From: Batkoa obscura
Taxonomy: Eukaryota
Assembly: GCA_030770535.1 (NCBI GenBank)
Contig: JASVEC010000016.1
Span: 186,001-250,000, forward strand
Length of the DNA stretch: 64,000 nt
Direction of reading: 5' to 3'
The notes below the pieces were generated by a model. The model searched no databases, was not told the origin of the DNA, and saw nothing but the letters and a program-made list of their open reading frames with translations. A program made the translations under genes and the position numbers. How positions within the stretch are numbered: the first letter of the stretch is position 1; each line of letters opens with the position of its first letter. This document shows positions 49,401 to 61,434 of this stretch, piece by piece.

Positions 49401-50269
49401 TAAGTATGAAAAAGATAGTTGGAGTAATATTTAAGAATCCAACAATATTGGGACATAAAAGAATGATGAAATCAAATACACCAAATGCTATTAAGTGTTT
49501 ATTAAAATGAATATTAATGTTAGCTTTTGTTTATACTAAGAATGACCGAAAAATCCTGGCAATCAATGAGTCAGAATATTGTGCTTTAACTTTCATCTTG
49601 TAAAGGTTGATGAATAAATGGAAATCTCACTATAAGAAATTAATCTAATGTAGTAGAATTTAATAGAATAAGCAGTTTTTTAATTGAAGAAACTATAAAG
49701 GTGCAACATATATGGCTTAGATTATATATAAAGAGTACCACATAATGAATGGGCTTCAAGGAAGAAAGGACAGAATTCCTAAGCTTAAATAGTCAATTAT
49801 AACTGTTTAATCCTCAGAAGGCATTAAAATAGCATTCAGTATTGTAGTATCGCAAAAGCTAGATTTATTTTTGCTTTATGTGATTGATAAGCATCACTGA
49901 AAAACCCTATATTAACATAGGTTAATTACTATCTTTTATCAATACCAAAATACTCATAGTTACTGACTCATTACTAATAGAAGGATTTATAAAGTTCTAT
50001 AAAAACTTAATGAATATTATTTGGTTTTAATTTAAATCATTATCATCCTATCCTTATATGTCGAAGTTAAAAGATATATTCCTTTAAAAATAATCTTCTT
50101 AAAAAGATTAGTTACTATTGAGTTGAAATAAGTTTTTTGATATAAAAATTAATACAAATATTATTGAATATATAATTTTGATATTAAGTCATTTATGTTG
50201 ATAAACTAGTTTATAGCATAAAAAAAGACATTTCTCAAAGGTTATCAAATACTATTCAAAATAACCATA

Positions 50270-50375
50270 ATATAGGGATGTTTTTTTGGCTTCATTATTT
50301 TTTCCATCTTTTAAGCACTATTTGAGTGGAAAAATTACTAGTAAAATTCTTAAACACAAAAATACATTCCCATAT
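50270..50375 (-). mobile_element. MITE family A, reverse, TSD ATAT
   Basis: Reverse consensus match. Confidence 0.85.
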
Positions 50376-50525
50376 AAAGAAACGACTAAAATAGTACTAT
50401 AATAATGTGAATTTCATTTTACTTTCAGCCATGTTTGTTATTCAACGTAAAATTCAAAAATAACAATAACAAATCGTTTAATAAAAAACATCATCAAATT
50501 GAAGCTAAAGGGTAAAGTTTTCTAT

Positions 50526-52707
50526 TTAGAAAACACGCTTCCCACTTAGAAAGGTAGCACGTACTCTTGAATCATCATGTAATAGCTCTTTAGCTGGAAT
50601 ATCCAACCATGATTTCTTAACTATAATAAAATCTGCTAATTTTCCTATCTCAATAGATCCAATCTAAATAAAAGCCGGTTAAAATTACTATTGTTTGAAA
50701 TTGTTTAGTTTTACTTCATTCTCTTTAAATGCTGAAAAAGCAGCATCAATTGTAAATCCTTTCAGGGCCTGATATGGAGATACAGCTTCATTTTTGTACC
50801 AACCATCAGATCCTAATGGCTAAATAAATATATATCAGTGATAGTAGATAGATAGCTTTATATTGTTACTGAATTCCCATTCTTATCTAATCTAGTAATA
50901 GCAGCATATAATCCTAATCTCGGATCCACCAATTCCACTGGGAAATCTGATGAAAATGGTAAAGCTTGTACTCTAATTTGTTTTAACATTATTTCGACCT
51001 ATAATAACATAGCTACTACCCTGATTTTAATAAAGATTTCCATGCATAAGCATATCTAATTCTTTCTGGTCCTATTCTTTTTTCAGCATACAGCATATCT
51101 GATGTAGCTAATAAGATAATTAGACAATTGTCATATAAATTTTTATACTTTTACCATGAGTAGGTTGCATAGAAGGAATGATTCCCAATTCAGCAAACCT
51201 TGGAAGATCTTTAGCAGTCTAATAAATAGACAAAATAGGTATAGTTTGCAAAAATAAAACATAGTGATTTACCAATAACTGAGAATGTTCAATTCTATGA
51301 CGTTGTTTTTTGAGCTCCTTTTTTGTTATATTGCTTAACAAATGTTCATAATTATCTAAAGCCATGCGATTAGCTAAATCTCCAATAGCATGTGAATTTA
51401 TTTGAAATCCCATCTTGGACCAAATACTCATTCTTTTACGTAATATATCTAGATCATAAGTGATTAAACCAGTACTATTCTTATCTGAATAAGGTTTAAT
51501 CATAGCTGCACCCCAAGACCCTAAAGCACCATCTAATACTACCTTAATGCTATGAATTGATAGTCTATCCTTATTTAGATAATTATTATCTGGTAGATCA
51601 AGCTTTTTAAATTTTTTTTTACTACAATGTGTATCTTTTTCCTTACACATGATCATAGAATGAACGCGTATTGACAAACTATCTTCTTTCAAAGCTTTTT
51701 TAAACACGTTAAGTTCTTTTATACTTATCCCTGCATCATGAGCACCCGTTAATCCAAAGCTTAACATCTCTTGGGTGATACTATTTAGTGCGTCCATTTC
51801 CATTTCTTCTGAAGGCTCAGGTATCAAGTCCATTATAAGATTACGTGCATTATCAATAAATACACCAGTAGGATAACCATTGCTATCTCGGATTATATTC
51901 CCGCCTGGGACTGAAAACTTTGGATCAAGTAAATTAGGGGTTGCTTTTATGGCTAAATCTAGGGCTGCTTTGTTAACCCAAGTGCCATGAAAATCCACCC
52001 TAGTTAAAGAAATGGGGATTTTATTTAATTGGTCGTGATTGCTAGAGTAAAATACTAAGTCTTTATAAGTAGGAAACTTTTGCTTTTTAAATAAATTTTG
52101 ATCCCAGCCGTATCCTTCTAAAAAGGGAGCTTGTTTCCGTGTTTTTGAATAAGCCATAATTTTATTTTGTATTTCCACTACACTTTTTGAGCCCGTCAGA
52201 TCCACTTGGAGATTCTGTCTTCCTCTTCCTAATAAATGAGCATGTGCATCAATTAGTCCTGGCAATACTGTATGTCCTTTTAAGTCATATTTTTTTATTT
52301 TAGGATATAACTTTCTCACTGCTCTATGGTCCCCTATATATTCAAATTTTCCATTAGCTATTACAGCCGCTTCTTTATAGTCTGGTTTATCTTTGTAAAT
52401 CAATATTCTAGCATTATATATCCCATAAATATCCTCATCTGGCTTTGGTAATCTAAGTAAACATCTAAGTATAAAAAGCACAAAATATAAACTCGGGCTT
52501 TTTTATTTAAATAGCAAAGGTTTGTATCACTTACTTTGTATCATTTACATCTACGTTCCAAAATAAATACCAAAACCCCATTAATACTACAAGAATTGAC
52601 CATAGAGTATACCCTCTGATATTAAATAATGGTGTTGAACTGTTTTGGCTTGTTTTCTCAATATCCTGTTCGTTTAGTTGGATGTCTTGCTTTAATTTGG
52701 ATTCCAT
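50526..52707 (-). CDS. YtcJ-like amidohydrolase, copy 2 (divergent 5' half, N-terminal TM segment)
   Basis: Exon 1 MESKLKQD..TLWSILVVLMGFWYLFW; DAHAH, KVVLDG, HAIGD, RIEH; ends ATFLSGKRVF*. Confidence 0.9.
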
Positions 52708-52976
52708 TTTTTAAATTTTATTAAATTAAGTAAACTCACTTGTTTATTCAATATGCTTTTATAACTTTAATTTAATCCCTTCTTTTTAATGTTACTTTTT
52801 TATGCTGCATGGTTCTAACTTGTGACTAGACTGTGACACTTATTTCTAAATTTTATTCTTCAAACAAATTCAAAAAATTATGTGATTAAAATAAAAGCTT
52901 TTTAAGATTTTTATTAAACAATTAAAATTTTTAAACATGAAACTTATAAGAAAATACTGTATTATTCAAGCTTTAT

Positions 52977-55096
52977 TTAGAAAACGCGCTTCCCACTTAG
53001 AAAGGTAGCACGTACTCTTGAATCATCATGTAATAGCTCTTTAGCTGGAATATCCAACCATGATTTCTTAACTATAATAAAATCTGCTAATTTTCCTATC
53101 TCAATAGATCCAATCTAAATAAAAGCCGGTTAAAATTACTATTGTTTGAAATTGTTTAGTTTTACTTCATTCTCTTTAAATGCTGAAAAAGCAGCATCAA
53201 TTGTAAATCCTTTCAGGGCCTGATATGGAGATACAGCTTCATTTTTGTACCAACCATCAGATCCTAATGGCTAAATAAATATATCAGTAATAGTAGATAG
53301 ATAGCTTTATATTGTTACTGAATTCCCATTCTTATCTAATCTAGTAATAGCAGCATATAATCCTAATCTCGGATCCACCAATTCCACTGGGAAATCTGAT
53401 GAAAATGGTAAAGCTTGTACTCTAATTTGTTTTAACATTATTCTAATCTATAATAACATAACTACTACCCTGATTTTAATAAAGATTTCCATGCATAAGC
53501 ATATCTAATTCTTTCTGGTCCTATTCTTTTTTCAGCATACAGCATATCTGATGTAGCTAATAAGATAATTAGACAATTGTCATATAAATTTTTATACTTT
53601 TACCATGAGTAGGTTGCATAGAAGGAATGATTCCCAATTCAGCAAACCTTGGAAGATCTTTAGCAGTCTAATAAATAGACAAAATAGGTATAGTTTGCAA
53701 AAATAAAACATAGTGATTTACCAATAACTGAGAATGTTCAATTCTATGACGTTGTTTTTTGAGCTCCTTTTTTGTTATATTGCTTAACAAATGTTCATAA
53801 TTATCTAAAGCCATGCGATTAGCTAAATCTCCAATAGCATGTGAATTTATTTGAAATCCCATCTTGGACCAAATACTCATTCTTTTACGTAATATATCTA
53901 GATCATAAGTGATTAAACCAGTACTATTCTTATCTGAATAAGGTTCAATCATAGCTGCACCCCAAGACCCTAAAGCACCGTCCAGTACCACTTTAATGGC
54001 TCTTATAAAAAGCTTGCTCTTATTTATATAGTTTTTGTCAGGAAGATTAAGACTTTTGAGACTTTTTTCATCACAAAATTCTACATTTTGAGCGCATTTT
54101 ATCATAGAATAGATACGAACTGGTAGATTATCCTGCTTTAAAGCTTTTTGGAACACCGCCAATTCATCAAGGTTCACTCCAGCATCGTGGGCTCCAGTTA
54201 AGCCATAACTTAACATTTCCCTAGTGATACTATCTAAGGCTAATAGCTCCATTTTTTCAGTGGGTTTTGGAATTAATCTTGTTACTAACGTTTGTGCGTT
54301 GTCAATAAACACTCCAGTAGGATAGCCATTACTATCTCGAATGACATCTCCACCAGGAACTGAAAATTTAGGATCGATTATACTTGGATTTGCTTGTATT
54401 ACTAAATCCAAAGCAGCTTTATTAATCCAAACACCATGTGCATCTACACGAGATAAAGAGATTGGGATATCATCTAATCCAGGGTATTTTGTTTGATCAA
54501 AAGCCAAATCTTTATAAGTTGGGAAGAATTGATTGTTCATTAAGTTTTGGTCCCAACCAAAACCTTGAATAAAAGGGACTTTTTCAGAACTCAAGAAGTG
54601 TTGTCCAATACGCTCACATACTATAGAAACTGAAGTTGAGTCTCTTAAATCTACCTGTAGCATTTGTCTTCCTCGACGTAATATATGAGTATGGGCATCA
54701 ATCAATCCAGGTTGTATTGTATATCCATTAAGATTATAGGACTTAATGTTTGGATACTTTTTCCTTAGTTCCTGATGCTTGCCAATGAACTCAAATTTAC
54801 CATCTGATATTACCATCGAGTCTACATAGCTATAGTTGTTAGCTTGATATACTAAAATCTCTGCATTATAGATAGCATAAGCTTCTAAATCTGTTTCTGG
54901 CAACCTTGGTAAACATCTAATAATCATTAACTTATTAGTTAAATAATATAATCATTAATTACTTTTTATTATTTGCATCAACTTTTACGCTTATCAATAA
55001 TAAAGCAATAATAATTACTGATATTGAAAATAAAATAGGAGATTTAATAGGAGCTCTAGTTGATTTCAACTTATTATAAAATATTTTAGCATACAT
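52977..55096 (-). CDS. YtcJ-like amidohydrolase, copy 3
   Basis: 5' part near-identical to copy 1 (one N/S change in the big exon); C-terminus shared with copy 2. Confidence 0.9.
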
Positions 55097-56328
55097 ATTT
55101 TATAGTACATTCTTTATTATAATGTTTTTTTGTGCTTTTTATACTTTTCGTTTTTAGTTTTATAAGCAACTATTACTTTAAAATCATTTGACCTAAATTT
55201 CAATCTTGTACTCAATTTTATGAAAATCACAACATCAGTCCTAATATTTAATATTTGAATGTAGCGACCACTCAGTTAGTTGTTGAACAATAGTATATTT
55301 AGATTATATAATATGTAATATTAAAACACTATTGATTGATTAGAAAGTTACTTCAATTATTTAAATTTTTTTCTAAAGACTTTCTTATACGAAATATGCT
55401 GACTGTAAAGGTGGAAGATAGAAGTAGCTATAAATACTTCCATAAAAAGACATAGATGATAAGTTTATAAGAAATATGTGTGCTATTAAGTATATCTATC
55501 AATTCTCAGGATTTAAGGAACTGCAAAGTAGTCATACCTGATAATTTTATTTAGATGCTTATAAAATATCTTTTAGTATTATAAAGTGAATAATATATAT
55601 AATTGAAATGCTATGAAAATATTTAATAACAAATTTTGTTTTATAAATTTAATTGATTTAATAAAATTTTAAAAAGCTTCCATGTGAGAATTTCAAAAAA
55701 TTAGAATTTTAATGATATTCTGAACTTTTATTTGTGAGCTAATTTATTTAACAAAACAATTAGATTTAATAGACAAATAATAACTAAGAATTAAATGTTT
55801 GTTGATGAACTCTAAAAATTGATCAAATTTAATTGACTATATAAAATACTTTTTTACTAAATATAAATTTAATTTAAATATATTTTTGATCTACTATTAT
55901 AATAACAAATATCTAATGACAGAGCCATTCTGTGATAAATTTACTAATAAAAAGTTTACTTTTTATAGATAACTAATAATTTGTTAGAATCATAAAAATA
56001 AATAATTTGATAATACGAATTACTCTTGGAAAATAATTAGAGCAACAAAATAGTCACTACTTATAAAAATTTACTCATCTAAAGGTGATGTAATAGTTCC
56101 TAAATAACCAAATCGTATGGATTGTTATAATTGGATGAAAATCTAACACTACCAAGTTTTTGAGGTTTATCCTACAATTATTTGCCAACACGTCAAAGAG
56201 ATTTTGGTTTCTGGGCAAAAAAAATGTTATAAAAATAATCTACAAATTAAGTCCCGTCAAATTACGAAAGCCCATATTTAATTGGACTAAGGCTGAATCA
56301 CTCGAAGCATTTCCTCCACTTTTTTAGT

Positions 56329-56344
56329 GGCATTAACCAATCAC
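56329..56344. promoter_or_regulatory. CCAAT-containing motif GGCATTAACCAATCAC upstream of cofilin
   Basis: Exact match to 21300-21315. Confidence 0.5.
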
Positions 56345-56549
56345 TTTCGACCATCCTTGGCTTTTATTAGCGAATGAATCGCCAAGGAAGATGCCATTTC
56401 GGGATAAGTATGAACTTAAAGTAGGTAATAAGTAAGTTGAAAATTTTTATAGCTTTTTTATAAGTTGATAGGTAACATGTTTTAGCTTCAATAGTAAACG
56501 TATTAAATAATTTAACTATAGTTAGCTTTAGAAGAACAAAAATAGTAAA

Positions 56550-57085
56550 ATGGTAAGTTAAAATCAATACATAAACTGATAGAAAACAAAGCTGATATTT
56601 TTTTTGTAATAGTCAAGTGGAATAGCAGTTAACCCAGAGTGTATTTCTTTATTTCAAGATCTCAAACTTAAACATAAAATCAAATATATTGTTTATAAGA
56701 TCTCTGATGACTTTAAAGAGATCGTAGTTGATAAAACATCTGAAGATGAAGATTATGAAAGTTTTGTAGCTGAACTTCCAGAAACTGACTGTCGATTCGC
56801 TGTTTATGACTTTTCTTACGAAACAGAAGACGCTGGTAAAAGAACTAAAATTTGCTTTTATATTTGGTAAGTTACTTTATATCTTTTGCTTTGATTAAAA
56901 TTTATTGCTTTTTTATAAAAAGGGCTCCAGATAACGCTAAAGTTAAGTCAAAGATGTTATACTCTTCCAGTAAAGACGCTTTAAAGAAAGCTCTTAATGG
57001 TATTGCTGTTGATATTCAAGGTACTGATTTCAGTGAAGTCGAACACTCTTATGTTCTCGATAAAGTTAGCCGTGGTAAATATTGA
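56550..57085 (+). CDS. COF1: Cofilin/actin-depolymerising factor, 3 exons (exon 1 = ATG only)
   Basis: [64 protein letters not shown]. Confidence 0.95.
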
Positions 57086-57741
57086 GTTGAGAACCGAACT
57101 TAGTCCAATTTAAGACTGGTTAAATTTAATAGGTTTTTTTATAAAACGTGCTTGACCTAATATAAAATTTAAAGAACTTCTTTGATTATTCTTACCGCTT
57201 TTTTTGTTTTTCTTTTTGTTGATTTGTATGTGGTAATCCATTTCTTATTTTGTTATAAACATTTTTATCTGTGTATAATTTAATAGTATTATGCACTAGA
57301 ATAAAGACATTCTTGTATGTACGAGATCAAGCTACCTCTACTTATATTATAGTACAGAATTTTGGTCAATAGTTGCTAAGTTTTGAATAAATTCATTTAA
57401 AGCTCATTAATATAGCAAGCCCTCTTTGTGGGACTTTTAGAACAATTGTTCTTTAATCTATACAAATTGAATTTACTGGTATACTTTAACTTTTTTTTAA
57501 ATATTTCTAATCGATGTATATATTTTATCACGAAGAGTAATAATTATTTTATAATTACTTAATGTAATAGCAATGTCTTAACGTAACAAGCGTATATTGC
57601 TCACAACCAATAACTGTAGCCATTCATGCCAACTTATTATTTATATACTCAATATAGATACAAATGTACATTTACATATATAGATTAATCATAAATGAAG
57701 CTGATAGTATTTATTTTTAAAAATTTGTTTTATTGTTAAAA

Positions 57742-58887
57742 TTAGTTTTCAAAAAGTAAGCTGAATCCTACTTTATGGGATGGTTCGTCAAGTTTAGTAG
57801 TGTCAAATGATCCACCAACAGCGACTTTGATTCCTGGTCTGACCTTTTGAGTATAAGCTAATCCAAGTTTACCAAGATTGCTGATTTTAGCCTAAATCAT
57901 TGTTAAATATCATAACAAATACAAAAAAACAAAAATTACCTTAACAAAAGTATCACGGTCAATGAAGTATTTAGTACCAACCTCAAGACCAACTGCATTA
58001 ACAGTGGCTTTGCTATCCCAAGAAGCTTTAGCACCAACTTCAATATCTGGGTTTACGCGTTGGTAGTAAGTGGCAGCAAAGTTACCGAATGAGTCAGTCC
58101 TATCTCATGTTAGTTAAGATAATAAAGACATTTGTAAACTTACGAGTGAACAGCAGCGCTGAAATCATGGTGGAAATAAGCTAATGAAGCATTGGTTTTA
58201 GTTACAACACCCTTTTCAAGATCATAACCGGTTTCACCACCAACAAAAATACCATCTTGTCTATAAAATATGTTAGGATAATATTTAAAATATGTACTAA
58301 TATTAATACCCTGCGACAAAGTCAAGATTTAAAAGAGGACCTTTGAAAATATCAGCAGAGGTACGAACATGAGCAAGGTTATGTTTGTAGTAAATGTTAG
58401 CCTTAAGATTTTTGGTACTAAAATAGTTTAATAATAAATTTTTAAATACAAATAATAGTTACCCAGTAGTTGGTAAATAACTGGCTAAAAGATCAAGTTT
58501 AACACCTTTAGCAGATTTGTTTTCTAATTCAGCTTGAAGAGTCAAGTTATTAGTGGTGGTGATTCCTTCAGTAAGGACAAAACCGTTGGCAAAGTCATTA
58601 TATTTAAATTTAGCTTCACCAAAAACATGACCAGTTTTATTATCTTGATGACCATTAACAGTTAAGTTCTAATACGTTAAATTAATTAATAAACTATCTT
58701 TTAATATTACTTTTAATTTATATTTTAAACCTAGTTTAGGCTTTGGATAAAACTTATAAGAGAAAACACTTACAACACCGTTTGAAGTGGTAGTTTTAAC
58801 TTCAAGCTTGGCTTGACCGACTGGATAGTCTTTAGTGAGGAGGTCTTTGACGGCTTTTGAGAGATCTGAGAAAGCAACTGGGGCCAT
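57742..58887 (-). CDS. POR1: Mitochondrial outer-membrane porin (VDAC), multi-exon
   Basis: MAPVAFSDLSKAVKDLLTKDYP..KLEVKTT, YYQRVN, LEVGTKY.ID, YTQKVRPGIK, HKVGFSLLFE. Confidence 0.93.
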
Positions 58888-59371
58888 TTGATTTACTTTA
58901 GCGTTTATGATATGAGAAAAATTACCTCTTTCTACTACCAAAACTTGTATTTAAATGCCTAATTTAAGTTATTTCAATGATTGGTGCAGACTTACTCTTC
59001 GTGCTGCTTAATACTTCATTGGCTAAATTGCAAAACTTTATCAATCGATACTTCTAGATTTCGTCATCAGGAAGGATAATTATTTTTACTTTAGTGCTAG
59101 CTGTTTCTAGGTTAGCTCATGATCGCATCATCTTCGTCCAATCAAATTCGACTCTCTGTTACAGATGATTAGAATAACTACTTCTTTGATCCAATAAAAG
59201 TTACCATAAACATGTTTAAAATGTTGGTTGGTTGAATTGCATGTGTAATAATTAGGGAATTTTTCAAATTTAGACCAATAATTTTCCAAGTGCAATAATT
59301 TAACTTTGAAAATTCGCAAGCAAAGCAAAAATTGCTTAAAACATAAAGTTTAATATTATTGGTTGACCTCG

Positions 59372-59392
59372 AAAAAATTTTCATTTATAAAA
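59372..59392 (+). promoter_or_regulatory. RRPE-like element plus TATA-like box upstream of the snoRNA host
   Basis: AAAAAATTTTCA (rc TGAAAATTTTTT) followed by TATAAAA, ~45 bp before the host intron. Confidence 0.4.
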
Positions 59393-59460
59393 AATATCGA
59401 AAATTTTTTGAAACAATGTTTTAATTTTCTTAATGTAAGTTCAGTTATAATAATAAAACT

Positions 59461-59549
59461 ATATAATATGATGAGCCTAAAAAGACATTTGCACGTCAGT
59501 CTTAATCTCTATGTAGACTAATATATCTATACCCAAATTACTGATATAT
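59461..59549 (+). ncRNA. Intronic box C/D snoRNA with two LSU rRNA guides (predicted Am876 and Um898 equivalents, yeast numbering)
   Basis: C box ATGATGA 59468-74; guide ATTTGCACGTCAG 59487-99; D' CTTA 59501-04; C'-like ATGTAGA 59511-17; guide CTATACCCAAATT 59527-39; D box CTGA 59541-44; terminal ATATA/TATAT stem; lies in intron GTAAGT 59435...TACTAAT...TAG 59601. Confidence 0.88.
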
Positions 59550-59996
59550 TGATATCAAATCCAAAATCTTTGTTATTCAAATACTAATTGTTATTTTATA
59601 GATCCTTACTCACTCCTTGTCATAGACCTTATAGTTGCTTATCAAATTTAATGCTTTAATTTGACATATATGACACTAAAGCGCTACTTAACTCGCTGCT
59701 GCTCGTATAAGTCAAGTTAACATTATTTTTCTAAATGCAAGCATTATTGTACATAATTATTTAATAAAATTCAAATATTTTACTATTTTTTTGTCAACCT
59801 GCTCCTTTTTGAATGGTAAAAGGCTTTAAATAGTAGCATTTTTTCATGGTTTTTATTGATTTTGGTTTCTAATATAAATCATCATTAACTTAAACATATT
59901 AGCACGCACTGGTATGAGCTACTTTGTTATCGTATAAAACACTATTATAACCTTAGAAATTTATTTGACATCCTAAGCTCTAATTTATGAAGTAGA

Positions 59997-60101
59997 ATGT
60001 GGGGATGCGTCTTTTTGTTTAAGAACTTTACTAACGATTATTCTACAAATAGTACTTGAAAAATGGAAGAAGTGATGAAATCAAAAAAAGCACCTCTATA
60101 T
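59997..60101 (+). mobile_element. MITE family A (degenerate)
   Basis: GGGGATGCGTCTTTTTG...AAAAAAAGCACCTCT, flanks ATGT/ATAT. Confidence 0.75.
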
Positions 60102-60289
60102 ATTTATTAAAATTTATCTAATTATATAAAATTAAACATTACATAATTCTTAATACAGATATAAACACTAACTTCTAAGCAACAACTATTATTTAAAAAT
60201 ATTTTTTTAACCTATTTTGCTTTTATTACACTTTTAATATAGCTCTTAAAACAATATGCCTGATAACAAGTTCAAGTAATAATTTGAGT

Positions 60290-60395
60290 ATTTGGAGATG
60301 TTTTTTTGTGTTTAAGAATTTTACTAACAATCTTTCCATTTAAATAACGCTTAAAAAATGGAAAAGTAATGAAATCAAAAAAAACATCCCCATTT
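60290..60395 (+). mobile_element. MITE family A, TSD ATTT
   Basis: ATTT-GGAGATG...CATCCCC-ATTT. Confidence 0.85.
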
Positions 60396-60421
60396 GATAA
60401 CTGGCCTAACAGGTAATAAAT

Positions 60422-60525
60422 ATATGGGGATGTATTTTTGTTTAAGAATTTTACCAGCAAATTTTCCATTCAAATAGTGTTTAAAAAATGGAAAAAGTAA
60501 TAAAGTAAAAAAAACACTTCCATAT
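60422..60525 (+). mobile_element. MITE family A, TSD ATAT
   Basis: Consensus match. Confidence 0.85.
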
Positions 60526-60770
60526 GCTCTGTTTGACATAAATTAAACATTTCGTTATAACAAATTATAGACTAATACTGCTAAGTATAGTAGCCTACGG
60601 ATATTTTTATTTTGTGTATTTGGAAGTAAAATCTGAAGTAAAATAATGTGAAAATAGATCACTAGCTATTACTAAAAAATATAAATTAAACGTAACAATA
60701 ATAGTGTCAGCTTTCATACAACTAATATATACAAAATAATAAATAAATATAACAAATCTTTAATTATTTC

Positions 60771-61434
60771 TCAGCTCTCACCTTGCGCATAAGTTAAAAT
60801 TTTATCCAAACGATCCTGTACAATGCTTAAAGTAGTGTTTATTGAGCTTAATCTCCTCCTAGCATTTATTAATTTATCAATATCATTCTGTAACTTGGGA
60901 GGATGGGCCATAGCAGAATATGTACTTAATTCTATTTCAAATATAAAACACAATTATCTTAACAACAAACTAAACCTTACCTTCTAATAATCTATTAATT
61001 ACCATCTGTAATTTAACTTGACTATCTTTTACACCTAGTATTCTGTTATCCAAATCTAATATTACTGGTGACATCACTTCAATCAATTGCTGACTCAAAT
61101 CATCCATTGATTTAGTATCTGCCTCATTGATGTTTTCATTAGTATTTAGTGGCTCGTTTTTCATACTTTCTTCTGGACCAATTTCGCTTTGAGTATTCAT
61201 ACTAGGCTCTTTAAATGCTTTTACTTGATCTAGATCAGACTCCAAGCTAACTTCCACAGATTCTTTTTTTTCCTTCTCTAAACTTTTTGTTAATAAGCTT
61301 GAAGTTGGGTCTTCTAAATTGGAAGGTGTTAACTCTGGTGATTTTTCTTTTTTAAATAATTTAGAAAATTTGGATAGCTTCGATCCACCAGTCGAAGCTT
61401 CGTTGGCCTTATTCTCTTTATTAACCTCTTTCAT
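60771..61434 (-). CDS. SNAPIN: Snapin-like BLOC-1/BORC subunit with long disordered N-terminus, 2 exons
   Basis: PVILDLDNRILGVKDSQVKL..INRL and DKLINARRRLSSINTTLSIVQDRLDKI resemble the Snapin/Pallidin coiled coil. Confidence 0.78.

Noticed and set aside
55140..56100. Coding-like relics here and at ~61800-62250
   Set aside because: Too many stops and no identifiable motif to support a pseudogene call.
56347..56388. Inverted TCCTTGGC...GCCAAGGA (PacC-like GCCAAG) upstream of cofilin; long weak hairpin at ~61535-61607
   Set aside because: Short or weak pairing with no independent support.
59060..59135. Possible minus-strand C/D snoRNA (ATGATGC...CTGA)
   Set aside because: Imperfect C box and no rRNA complement recognised; more likely promoter sequence.
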